Assembly: GCA_001179505.1 (NCBI GenBank)
Contig: CDMY01000592.1
Location: 62,001 to 126,000 of the forward strand
DNA: 64,000 nucleotides
Direction: 5' to 3'
From: Vitrella brassicaformis CCMP3155
Lineage: Eukaryota; Protista; Chromerida
Below are positions 51,433-63,643 of this stretch, piece after piece. Position 1 is the stretch's first letter; each line of letters starts with the position of its first letter. Below the pieces are notes generated by a model, which was not told the origin of the DNA, did not search any database, and worked only from the letters and a program-made list of their open reading frames with translations. The position numbers and the translations under genes are program-made.

Positions 51433-51703
51433 AACAGCAGCGCGCGGCTGGGCCGGGGGAGGGAGCAGCGCCGCCCGTCCCTGCGGGCGGCCCGCAGCCC
51501 GACACGGGGGGTACATAAGCCTTCGCCTTTGGCCAGCCGGCCGAAACCGGAGAAGGGACACGCGTTGATATGATAGGCTGTCGTCTTTTTAGTGTCGAGC
51601 AGAATTCACTGAGAGCCTGCCTGAAGGCTCTTCCTTCGATAAGGCCCACTGTCCGTCCGTCCGCCTGTGGAGTCGAGCCGAGCAGCCAGCGTTCGTGTCG
51701 GTC

Positions 51704-53070
51704 ATGCGTCGCAACAGCGGTGAGGAGGGGCTGAGGTATTCCGACATCGAGTCACAGCAGTCCGAGGAGAGGGAGAACGAGGAGGTCAGAGGCAGAGGGG
51801 ATGGATGGATGGATGGATGGGATGACTGAATGGACTGTTCGCCTTGCACCATGTGACATTGCTGTGTGGTGTCCATTCATCGTGGTTTCAGCAGCACAGC
51901 TTGGAGGGGGACATTGACGTCACGGCGTGTGGCAGTCTGAACCACTTGTGGAAGGGCAATGAGTACGGCCGCCTGTCCAGTCAAGCCGAGCAGCCAACGT
52001 TCACCGCGGTGAGGAGTGGAGGGAGAAGGAGGAGGTCAGAGGGAGATCGCGTCGCTGTGCAAGGAAGGGGATGGATGGGATGGATGAATGGACGGCTCGC
52101 CTTGCGCCATGTGACATGGCTGTGTGATGTCCATTCATCGTGGTTTCAGCAGCACAACTTCGAGGGGGACGTGGACGTGACGGGCGGCAAGGAGGACTAC
52201 GTTTGGAAGGGCAAAGAGTACGAGTGCACGGACAAGAACTCTTCTCTGTGTGTGTGTGTGTGTGTGTGTGTGTCCATGTCACACAGCGCTGGCCACGCCG
52301 TTGGTGAAGGTGCTGATGGGTGTCTATCGCTATTGGAAGGTGGTCAAGGCCTACGTGGTACAGACACATGCAGATGAACCCTCACACGCGGACGCGACCA
52401 CACCTATATGTGCGACTGCATACATACCTGTCTGTCTCCCATCCGTCAGTTGGCCGAGAAGGTGGATCTGCTGCTCGACTGTGGCATGAGCATCTCGCTC
52501 AAGCACCGGTGGGTGGGGTGGGGCCGGGACACACATTGATTCACACACCACACGGGTACACACACATACCCACATCCACGGCTGTTTGTTGTGTGTCTAC
52601 TGTACTGTACCTGTGCACGTGTTGTGTGATCTGATTGATAGCATGTTCTGCACCGGCGGGCAGGGCAGTGTCCCCATCGGGGCGCCGGGCAACAAGATTT
52701 CCACAAGAAGGAGCAATAGGTACGTACGTACGTGTGCCATGGGTTATCACACTGGCCATGAACACACACGACGCTCTCCATGTGTTTGTCATTGCGGGAT
52801 GGATGGATGGATGGCTCGGTCAGTTGGTCGTCATCTGGAGCTCGTGGATGGAGGAGTTGCTTCGAAGCCTGTTCACCATGGTGGAGAGAGCACTCAGCCC
52901 CTACGCCACCCTGCAGGCGTACGCACCGTCGAGCAGCACACACACGCACGGACAGAGACGTGTGTTGATGTGGATGGATGGATGGATGCTGTCTGCAGTC
53001 AGTTTGAGACGGTCCCCACCTTCGAGAAAACACTCATAGAGACACTCAGCAACAGCAAACTGATGGTGGG
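51704..53070 (+). CDS. Hypothetical multi-exon gene fragment containing a tandemly duplicated acceptor plus exon
   Basis: Exon-like blocks MRRNSGEEGLRYSDIES, QHSLEGDIDVT...WKGNEY, QHNFEGDVDVT...WKGKEY, LVKVLMGVYRYWKVVKAY, QLVVIWSSWMEELLRSLF and FETVPTFEKTLIETL with GT-AG introns. Runs toward a gap. Confidence 0.45.
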
Positions 53071-53167
53071 GACACACACAACAAACAGACAGACAGACAG
53101 ACAGACCGAGAGTTCACGGGGCCACACTCATACATTGTCTGCCGGCTGAACCTCTATTAAACAGCCG

Positions 53168-53467
53168 NNNNNNNNNNNNNNNNNNNNNNNNNNNNNNNNN
53201 NNNNNNNNNNNNNNNNNNNNNNNNNNNNNNNNNNNNNNNNNNNNNNNNNNNNNNNNNNNNNNNNNNNNNNNNNNNNNNNNNNNNNNNNNNNNNNNNNNNN
53301 NNNNNNNNNNNNNNNNNNNNNNNNNNNNNNNNNNNNNNNNNNNNNNNNNNNNNNNNNNNNNNNNNNNNNNNNNNNNNNNNNNNNNNNNNNNNNNNNNNNN
53401 NNNNNNNNNNNNNNNNNNNNNNNNNNNNNNNNNNNNNNNNNNNNNNNNNNNNNNNNNNNNNNNNNNN
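53168..53467. other. Assembly gap (300 N)
   Basis: Run of N. Confidence 1.
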
Positions 53468-54109
53468 AGCGCGAATGATTGTCTGTATGAATGTACTGAC
53501 TCATTGGTCAGACAGAATTGGATGAGGAATATCTCGCCATCCAGAGTGAGTGGGGTGATGATGTTGGCAATGGATTGATTGCCCTTCGAGTGACGGTTCA
53601 GATGCGCCGGACGCGGTCCGTGTCTGTCAAGTCACTGCAGAGAAAGCGGTAGGTCAGATACACAGTGGTCAGACAGAATTGAGTGAGGAATATCTCACGA
53701 ACCAGAGTGAGTGAGCTGATAATCTTTGAGGTGACTTGACAGTGGGCGTTCAGATGCGCTCAGCGCGGTGGTCACAGCTGCTTTGGTTGCCGAGAACGGA
53801 GCGCTGTTAGAAGGGTTCCCATTGTGAAAGAACGTGACCGAGCGAGGAGCTGCTGCTTTGTGTGTGAGAGGCTCTCACATGGGCGGTTCACATTTGCTTT
53901 TGATCATCTGGGTGGGCTGCTTCTCTGCAATTTTATGTAAGTGGGTCAACTGCCAAATGGGGGCCTGCACGTCGAGATTCTCGACATCGTCGAATGGACC
54001 CCTGGTGTATCATCCGATTTGACCCTTCACTCAAAGCGGTTAAAGTTTGCCTAGTGCGGAGAGGCTGCTTACTACCGCCTGAGCAGCCATACAGGGGGAG
54101 CCAGTCGCG
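53468..54109 (+). repeat. ~600-bp non-coding repeat element, second direct copy
   Basis: Near-identical to 50820-51432 and ends at the same motif, gccatacagggggagccagtcgcg. Confidence 0.9.
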
Positions 54110-55178
54110 GTTTGTCTTTGCCCGTCTCGTCAATGAGGGAGCGGGAGGTCGATGTGAGGTTGTGAGGGAGGGCGGCTGGCGAAGAGAACAGGTGAAGGGG
54201 GACAGAGATGGAGGGGATATGGAGGAAACAGCGCAAACTGTGGCGAATCTGCGAGAAATCTGCTGAAAAATCGCCGAATGTCAATCACTGTCTCCCGGCG
54301 AGAATTCTCGACACGGCGTTCAAAAGTCTTCCGAAAAGGCTCTGAGGTCGCAGCTGACTTCCCACCCGTCACGTCATCCCGACAAGTCAGCTGAAAGCCT
54401 CCAATGTTGCAAGGACGAAGGTGAGAGGCGGCTTGGATCGTTGCTCAATGTGAAAATGACAAATATTGTACGTATGCAGAGTGTCCAATCTCCTGAATCA
54501 AGCATGTCATCACGGGCAGGGAGGCGGCAGATAAAAAGCCACTAGAGGAGACTAGAGTAGACTAGATCGTATACAGATATCCATTGTCAAACAAAACCAA
54601 AAACGAGTCAGTGGGTGAATGGGTGGGTGTGTGGGTGGTGGTGGTAAGGAGATGAGACGGGTCTGGCTCAAAAACAAAGGCGACCAGCCTGGCTTTGGAT
54701 GGCACCGGGCCCACACGATCGACACGACGCAGCACAGCTGATGACAAATGCACTAGCGCACACACCACCTCTCTGAAGAAACAAACAACGAACGATGACA
54801 CACGCCATACCACTAAGAAAGCACACACGCCATCCGCCATCCATCCATCCATCGACTCCATCCTCCTCCCCCCATACCCACCCATCAACCCTCCTACGTG
54901 TGCAAATTCGCGACCTTTGCACACGACTCCCTCCCCTCCCAGATCGTTAATTCAACAAATACGCGAGTATGCCTGTGCGATATCTCTCCCCCAAGCTGCG
55001 TGCGATGGTTGGTGATCACTTGCAGTCGCCTTCGTCCCAATTGCATGCCTCCACGTTGCACACCTCATCACACTGCCCGTCGCCCAACAGAGGCGGCGAG
55101 CAGCCGGGGCAGCCCTGACACACAACAACACACAACAGCGCACACAGTCGTGTATTTCTCCCTCGTCATAAGCAGCTG

Positions 55179-56112
55179 TCATGCAAGGCTCACCTTGACT
55201 GCCTCGCAGTCTCCGTCGTCGAATTTGCAGGCAGCGACGTTACAGAGTGGGTCGCAGAACCCGTCCCCTCTATGCTCAGGATGGCAACCAGACGCACACA
55301 AATCGCCTGAAGCAACAACAAGAGGTAAAGTGGCTGTGAGGGGCCTTGCGTCGTGATACTGAGCTGTTCGCACCTTTGCAGTCGCCTCCGTCATTGCCGC
55401 ATGCCTCTGTGTTGCACTCGGCATCGCACACACCATTGCCCAGCAGAAAAGGGCGGCACCCACCAGACAGACCTGCACATGCACACACACACAGGGGGAG
55501 ATCTCAGCCTGCTGCCACCCGGCCAGCCGGCCTGCTGTCGTCCCCCAAACGCCCAACTTACACGCAGCTCTTGTTTGGATGGCATCTCTCACCCTCCCGC
55601 GCACGTTGGAGAGCCCGCCACCAGCCGCCCCCGCCCCCGCCTCCTCCTCTCTGGCCGCGTCCGGCAGCCCCAGTGTATCGCCAATGGACTGGACAATCGA
55701 CGCCACTCTGCCGCCAGGCCGCTCAGCACAGTCGTCACCATCCCAGTCACACTCCTCCACTTCGCACCCAGGCTGACAGATGCCGTCGTTGATCTGCGAG
55801 TACCGACAAACGCCGTAGCAGATATCCGGCTGAAGGTTGCGCAGCATCTGGCTCGTCAGGGGATGACGGGATGAGAAGTCGGGCAGGCTCGATAAGAGGG
55901 AGGACCGCACGCGAGATGAAGCGTAGCCTGGAGGATCAGCACACAATATGCGGGGGGTCGGTCGTGTTTATTGTCCCTCCCTGCTCACCTCCGGCGATGC
56001 CCAATAGCAGCAGGAGCAGCTGTCGCCTTCTCCCTCCCTCGTACCGGGAGCGTCGTAGATCCGCACCGCCTCGGTGGCCATGACGGCTACCCGTCTGCGA
56101 TGTATCTTCCAT
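55179..56112 (-). CDS. Small protein with three LNR (Lin-12/Notch) repeats and an N-terminal hydrophobic segment
   Basis: CRYSQINDGICQPGCEVEECDWDGDDC, CRPFLLGNGVCDAECNTEACGNDGGDC and CHPEHRGDGFCDPLCNVAACKFDDGDC match the LNR G[DN]G.C...C....C..DG.DC pattern. The inferred first exon ends RRRQLLLLLLGIAG. Confidence 0.8.
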
Positions 56113-56482
56113 CCCAAGGAAAGAACGTTTGGTTTCAGAACGTTTGCAGTATGTACGTCAGCTCGCACAGGTTTGACGGAAGGAATACCCCAACTCGCAT
56201 TCGTCGAGCCGGGGAGGTGGTGCCAAGCGGCCTCAAAGGGCAAAGGAGGCCATGTCAGCATTCGAAACGCATGACTCGTTCATCGGCACGCCAGCCCATT
56301 CAACAGACTCTCCTTGAGCAATGAGGGATGGCCGGAAGACATACCTCTTTCCACGCTCCTGATGGTGGTGCCGAAGGCAGCGAGAATTGTCCCCGTTGAC
56401 CCTTCCAGCAAATCGCAAGGCAGACAAGTAGCCGAAGGTACGGCACTTTAACTTCGTCTGTGTACGAGATTCATCATGCCAT

Positions 56483-58147
56483 ATGCACGCAGGCAACGTC
56501 TGCAGCTGGTGCTGCCTTCCTGCCCGCCAGACTGCTGGCCATGACAGTGCAAGGCCGCCGGAGAAGGCGAGGAAAGTCCCCTTCCTCGAAAGATTCGACG
56601 CATTCGCATACGAGACAGCGACACACTATGAGTTGACGGTGAGGGAGGCATCTCAGGAAGACAGACAGACAGACAGACAGACAGAAAGACGTGTGTTTGA
56701 GTGCAGGAATTCAGCCATCATCCCGGCATCCGTATCGACATGGCTACATTCCCTGTCATTGTGTATCGGTAAGGGCAGGCCTGCGTAGGGTACCTCGCCT
56801 TCCTCCCGCTGCATGCAACTCTGCCTTCTTTCTTTCCGCTCAGCATTCTGCACGAAACCGCCCTGTACAATCTGTATCTCATGAAAGTCCGCAGCACACT
56901 TATGCTGGGCATGAAGTTTGCTTTTGACAAACCCCACGACAACCGAATCGCCGCTTTCTGGAACGCCGCGCCAACACCTCACATGTATGCCGGCTCGTTC
57001 GCCTCTCATTTCTCCTGTTGCACCGTCCGTCCCTTGTTCATTTCAGGCTGCGAAGCTACAAACAGATAAGGTCAGCAATGAAGCCCGAGGGCGAGACAAG
57101 CGCTGCAGACAAGAGCTCGGCGGCTAAAGAAGGGGGCGTGAGGTTTGGCAGTGCCGAGGATGACAGCTCGGTTCCACTGGAGCAGGTGCTGGCCTCAGAC
57201 GCGCCCATGCCAATGGCCATTGCCAGGACAATCGACTCAGAGGTCAGCCACCAGCAAACCTACCGGCCGTTATCTCTGCGCCTCATTGTCACACCATGTC
57301 TCCGTCTTGCCAGATATATGCGGTAGCCCCCTTGCCACTGCTTGTTGCTGAAAAGCTCTTGGATGGCGCTGAGCTGGCGCGCGTGGCCGCCGTTCGCCTG
57401 TCCACTCGCGAAATAGGCGGCAGGAGAGGGACTTTCAAGCAAATGAACATCCCCTGGTACTCCCCTCATCCCCCAGACGTCCCGGAGTATCTCAAGCCAA
57501 TCATGAGCACGAAAGGTGTCAAGTTTTATCAGCGGCCAACAGGTGAGCTGATGACAGGCAGAGAGAGAGGCAGGGAGCCAGGGAGGCAGGGAGGCAGGGA
57601 AGGAGACACGTCTGATCTTTCTTTCTTGTTTCTCGCAGAGGTGGAGCCGTTCAAGAGCATCGGTGCACACGACGACTTCATCAAATCATTGGATGTGCTG
57701 AAGGAGGAACGAAGGCGATCGACGGCGGAAAAAGTCAAGTCAATCCTCGCAAATGCCTTCATGCAAGCAGGAGACACCAAACCCGGCAAACCGGAAGCGC
57801 CGGCATCTCCCCCCGTTGTTTTGAAGGAGCCGGTGTTCAGAACCACCAAAAGGGAGCCGACCCTGGGAGAGAGAATCATGCAGCGCCAAGGGAGTCTGCT
57901 GCGGCCGCTGAAGAGGACGCGCACCGAGGCGCTGGGTGAAAAGAAACCCGTCAAGAAGAAGCCCTTCGACGTGATAGAGGCAGTCATGTACGGGGGCCGG
58001 AGAGGCTCAGACGCCTTCGAGAAACCGAAGTTGAGGCGCTCTTCGACGAGCCAGGCCCAGGCCATGAAAGAGGAGCCCAAGACCCTGTCAGAGGAGGAGC
58101 TGATGAAGGCCCGGAGGCAATGGATGGAATGGGCCAGGAGCAGATGA
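56483..58147 (+). CDS. Hypothetical multi-exon protein
   Basis: Frame-compatible exons FLERFDAFAYETATHYELT / EFSHHPGIRIDMATFPVIVYR / ILHETALYNLYLMKVR / LRSYKQIRSAMK / IYAVAPLPLLVAEK / EVEPFKSIG...WMEWARSR then stop. Start is uncertain. Confidence 0.6.
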
Positions 58148-58393
58148 GTGTGGGTGCAGATGGTGGGGTGGGCGAGTGGGGGAGGGGTGAGGAGGGGGTT
58201 ATCTGGGATGTGTCCGTCGAGAGGTAAATAAGGCTTGTGTGTCTGCTGTGTGTCCATTTGTCGAGACAGTTGTCTTGTCTTCTGTGTCTTGTGTCCTTTA
58301 CAAAACACCTCGATTAATTCAACATGATCATACGCACGATCGTCTAACTCAAATCACCTAATTAACAGATGGCTGGCTGGTATTGATTCATGT

Positions 58394-59524
58394 TCACAGG
58401 TAGCCGAGGTACCTCGCGACGAAGCGCACCAATGAGTATAGAATGAACAGCAGAGGCAGTAGCTGCATCAGCCTGGGCATCAGCTGGCTCGACACACGCT
58501 CAGCAAACGACAGCTTGAACGCCACCCAGGGGAAGTTCTGCACTCATATGCACAACCGAAACGCGCAGCCAACCATCACACCGACCCACACGCTCTGCTC
58601 ATTGGTGGTACACACCGACCTTTCCTTCAGGGTCCGCGACGACGGCCTGTCTGCCGTTCTCCTGCAGCATGACTCCCTCGTTGTCGACAATGTACAGGGC
58701 GGGAATGCCAGACGGCGTGAACCGATTGTTCAGCTGGTCGCGGCGGGCAGAATCTGAGGCGATAAGTAGCAACATACACACCTACATCAATGCCGCCGAC
58801 GCCACGTGTGTCCGTCCGGTCCTGGTCATGTGCCTGCCGTGCCCACCCATGAACCTGACGCTTGTCCATGGCATCCCTGGTCGACACGGACGGCACAACA
58901 CAGCGTAACACAACACACACGGGGCAGGAGATGGAAGTGCGGAGACACCTATCGTCCGTTCATTGCATCATTACCGGCAAAGTATGTCTTGAAGTCGGCC
59001 TCGCTTCTGTCGAGTGACACGAAGATGACCTCAAAGCTGCGCACCAACACGGGCACACGGCATCCCATCTGTGTCATCCACACACGTGGGGTAGTGTCTG
59101 GCGTCTGGGGCCTGACCGTTTGTCCGAGTCCTTGAGTTTCTTGTAGGTCCCTGACACACACAGACACAAAGAAGCGGCAATGCAGTGAGTGCCGGCCGAG
59201 TGAGCCATGGTCGGTCACACCCACCAATTAACATGGGTGTGAATCCCCTGCACGGCGGGCACCAATGCGCAGAGAAATACACCTGACACGAACAACGGAT
59301 CACCATGCACTCAAATCATCATCTGCAGCTGCAGCGCACCCCTATTGCGTCGCATTTCGCCAGCTCTTCTACCTGAACAAAATGATCACACACCAAACCA
59401 AGGCACGTGCAATTGCATTGCAGTTCATTGTGTTTTCATCTCTCACCGGGATCTCTTCGCCAGCGGCATTGATGACGCTGGAGCCAAAGATGGACTCCAA
59501 CGCCTCAGCGGAAGGCGATGCCAT
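58394..59524 (-). CDS. Nucleoredoxin/tryparedoxin-like thioredoxin with predicted C-terminal membrane anchor
   Basis: VYFSAHWCPPCRGFTPML, FEVIFVSLDRSEADFKTYF, GIPALYIVDNEG, then last exon NFPW...LLPLLFILYSLVRFVARYLGYL and stop. Confidence 0.9.
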
Positions 59525-59707
59525 GGCGGGAAGATGCAGGCCGCTTGCGGCTGAAGAATCTTGCGCCTCCTCGATGCACTGGGCAGCTGCAGCAGCAGCA
59601 GAGCGGTAGCGCACTCTTCTCAGGCTCGCCTCTCGTGCGAGCTCACCTTTTTCGCTTTGTTGTGGCGAAGGAGGAGGAGGGAGGAGATTCGTAGGCCTCC
59701 TGCCACC

Positions 59708-61759
59708 ATGTCGCAGCATCGTCGTCGTTCTTCTCGGCAGTATGTAGACCAGCAGCCGTCCGCAGCCCCAGGGGCAGTGGACAGCAACAACTGGCGCCGG
59801 CCGCCTCCTCGAGACCACACGGGCGCCCTATCGCAGTACGAGCCATCGGAGGCCAGCTCACCGGGCAGCAGCCATGTGCCAGACCCCTACTACCAGCAGG
59901 GCGGCGCCCACATGGACGAGAGGGAGGCCTATGATGATGGTGTGGGCGTGCATATGGGCGGATCTGGCCGTGCCGGGTTTGCCGGAAACAATGCCATGAG
60001 CCGAGGACCGGTAAGGAAGGAACACGGGAGCAGGGAGAGAGCCAGCTGCATACATGTGATGGATGCATGTGACATGTGTCGTATGTGACGGTGTGTGTGT
60101 GTCTCTCAGGGGAGTCATGTCCCGCCCGCCAGTGTGCCCCCGGCCAACGGGCGCCCCGTGCCCTACACCAACATGTCCTACACATACGTCCCCAGCCGCA
60201 CCAGCCCGTCACCCGATATGAGCGGCAGCCCGCGCCGGTACGGGTCAACGAGTCGCCAGGTTGACCACCAGGCGGACCACCACTACCCCAACCAGTCACC
60301 GGCAAGCCACTACGCCCATCCGCACAACGACCATCGCGCCGCTCACCATCACCAGCACCATCACCACCAACAGGACAGGTGGGACACCCGATCCGACGCG
60401 CCGCCGATGCCGTATGGCGCACAGGACCAGCACGACGGGAGTGCGAGCATGTACGGCGAACATGATAACCACTACCCTCCCTCAGAGCACAGCTACCACA
60501 CGGGCGGATACGACACCGGCGGCTACGCCGACGGATCGCAGTCGTATGGCGGCATGGGGCAGGGAGGTGCGTGGGGCGGGGGGGCGAATGGGTACGGTGA
60601 CCGGTTTGGTGATCAGGGGGACGACGACGTGCCCGATGTGCAGTGCTTCTCTGAGAGTGAGGACGAGGGGCACCACCGCCCCGCCGCCGTGGGGCCCAGT
60701 CGAGGGCGCCAGCAGCTGTACCAGCACGAGCAGATGGCGGATGGCGGGCGCACGCGAGGAGGGGACACAAACGACGAGAGGGACTACATCATGTGAGCAG
60801 AGGGAGGAGGGACAGAGAGACAGACAGACAGACAGACAGAGAGGGTGGTTTGGTTGATTGCCGTCGTCGTGTCTTGTTGGTTGTCCTGTCCGTCTATCTG
60901 TCTCTCAGTGCCCGTCTGCAGGATGCGACGGCACGTCGAAGCCTCTTGGAGTCGCGGGTGGTGGCCCAGCTGCAGACCTGGCCCCTCGGAAAGCACGGCA
61001 TCAACTGGCCGTTTGCCAGCGCCCCCAACCCCGATCAGCCAATCGCAGACGGCCCGCAGGATGACACACACCAACACCAACACCAGGAGCACCAGCACCC
61101 ACATCCTCACTATGAACAGCCGCTTCCCTCGCCACACTCGCCCGACCCATCGCAGGTGCCCGCTCCATTCGCTGACGCGGCGCAGTTCCCCACCGACACC
61201 CACACCGATATGCTTCAGGGCAACAACGGGAGTGCTGCGGCTTACATGAGCCAGTTGGACGACGTGCCACCACACGCGCCCTCGTCCGAGCTGCCCGTCC
61301 CACCACAGCAGCAGCAGCCATACGAGGCAACAGGGGAGGACCAGACAGAGGGCAACACGTCCCTGTACGACGACGATCTGCTCAAAGGGAGCTTCAACGC
61401 GAGCTTGCAGCAGGCGGGCATGGGCATGGACATGGGCATGGGTCCTCCGGGCATGGGCGTAGATACGGCCATGGTTGTGGGTGGAGGGATGGGTGGGTCG
61501 TTGGGTGTGGGGGGACGGGGGCTGGGGGTGGACGTGGTGGCCCCTGCCCACCCTGCCCCTGCCCCTCCTGCTGCTGCTGCTGATCATGTCGACGAGGAGG
61601 AGTTTGTGCACAGGCCCGAGAGTCACCCTGACTGGGACCTGTTCGACCACTCCGAGGACGACACGAAGCGGCGCGAGAAGGAGGAGCGCGCCGAACGGCT
61701 GCAGCCCCTCGAATGGGTCTTCCCGGTACGTCTGTGCCTGTGACAACCATACACGCGCA

Positions 61760-61795
<36 letters not shown>

Positions 61796-63027
61796 TGAAG
61801 AGAATGGACACGTCTTTCGTTGCTGTGTGTATGGCTGCAGGGGAAGGATGCGTTGGATGCGGAGGCCTTGGCGGCTGACCCGTTTGGTGAGTTGGAGGAC
61901 CCCAGTAAGCTGATAGATTCCACATACTGGACGGACATCATTGAGGAGGTGAGAGCGACCAACCAACCAACAGGCAGGGAGGGGACGTCGATCCACTTGT
62001 GGGTGTGGCGTGGCCGCCTGCCTGCCTGCCTGCACAGGACCCTCAGTACTGGTCGGAACGGCTTGTGTTCAAGGAGAACCCTGCCACGTGGCCCTACCCC
62101 ATGGCAGACGTGCGCGGCCTTCAGAAAGGTGAGTCGGGGGGGACATACACCACACGCCACACACACGTCTGCCTGCATACCCATCCATCCATCCATCCAT
62201 TGTGTGCGTGTGTGTGTGTGTGTAGGCTGTCAGGGGTACCACCCCAAGTTGCGTGAGGCCAGCATCGGCATCCCTGATGACGACAGCGCCGAGCACGTAG
62301 CCCAACTCTTACTCGACAACTGGGTTTTCGAAGCCAAACAGGACTCCAAGTTGGAGGTAGGAAGCACACCCGACACACGACACAAGAGGAGTCTTTCACC
62401 TTGTCTGTGTCAGCAGAAACGACGCCACGTCAAACCGGAGCCCCAGCCCCTAGACGAATCCTACAAGAACGAGCTCATGGAGAAGTTCACTCGATTCGTA
62501 GACGGCATCGAGCAGGGCCAAGACTGTACGCTCCGCACCCACCACACCCAAACATAGCCACAAAGACACGAGTCCCCACGATGGATGACTTCCTTGATGT
62601 GATTGTGATTGGTGTGATGTGTGCGCTGCAGGGAATGGTTGGGAGGTGGATTTCAAGGACATAGCGGCCCAGTTCCCAGACGACCTCCACACACGCATCA
62701 AAGCCACGTTCAAACTCTTCGGTGCGTTCTCCCACACACACATTCAATAAATATTGCCGTTGCTGACCTGACCTGCGTGCAGAGAATTTCTTTTGCGGCA
62801 ACAAGATCAGCAACATCGTGCCCAAGGATGTGTGGGTCAGGTGGGTGGCCTGGAAGAGGAAGAACATCCCCAACAAGGCACAGACACACACTGCCGCAGG
62901 TACGTGACGTGCACGCACATGAGCCGACCGCCCCATTCTGTCTGTCTGTCTGTCTGCAGGCTCCGTAGTACCAGACGATGAGTACCCCACCTTGCCCGGC
63001 GCCTCGCCCGTCAAGACCAAGCAATGA
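59708..63027 (+). CDS. Large hypothetical multi-exon protein with a low-complexity His/Gln/Pro-rich N-terminal half and a possibly folded C-terminal region
   Basis: Long coding-like exons at 60110-60790 and 60920-61725, then short exons (GKDALDAEALAADPFG, DPQYWSERLVFKENP, GWEVDFKDIAAQFPDD, VPKDVWVRWVAWKRK) with GT-AG introns. Stop at 63025-63027. Could be two genes. Confidence 0.6.
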
Positions 63028-63643
63028 TATGGCTGCCTGGGGGCGAGATATCTAGATGGATGGATGGATGGATGGCAGCAGAGCGACTGCCCCTTGGCTT
63101 TTCGTTTTGGCCTGGCCTGCGGGTGGGAGATGAGATGACTAGATGGGAGGGGGGGCTCTTTTCTACGGATGGCTGGCTGGGCGGGCGAGTGGGTGGTTGG
63201 TGATGTAGATACATACTGATACATACATACACAAAGACAGACACGTACGGACTCGCTCTTAGATGCGGCGCACACAGCCACTTTGAAGGGCCAGAGCGAG
63301 AGAGAGAGAGAGAGAGAGGCCTGGTAGATGGTGAGACAATGACGGACTGACGCGACTGGCGGTGCTGATATCAATGAACGCACCAGTCAGTTCAACTTCG
63401 CCTCACTCGACAGACTTGCTGAGGCCACACGCTATGCATCAAAGGTGTCGGTCATCACGCACACGCGTGCACTCATGCATCCATCCATCCAGGCACTGGA
63501 GGTCGATCCATCAATCAATACACGACGAAGACCTCCACCTCATCAGCTTTGAATGAACCACCTCATCAGTCTGAGCATTGAAGCCGCCGTCACCAGTCAC
63601 CACAAGGCAGCGTCATACACAGTCACTCACCCCTTAGCATTCA

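Noticed and set aside
54338-54399. Hammerhead ribozyme (CTGA...stem...GAAA) around the perfect 10-bp stem CAGCTGACTT/AAGTCAGCTG
   Set aside because: The core reads CTGAGGT rather than CTGANGA and does not abut the stem. It is only a hairpin of unknown meaning.
56706-56960. SAM domain suggested by VSTWLHSLSL
   Set aside because: That peptide is in a frame incompatible with the neighbouring splice sites. The consistent frame reads EFSHHPGIRIDMATF.
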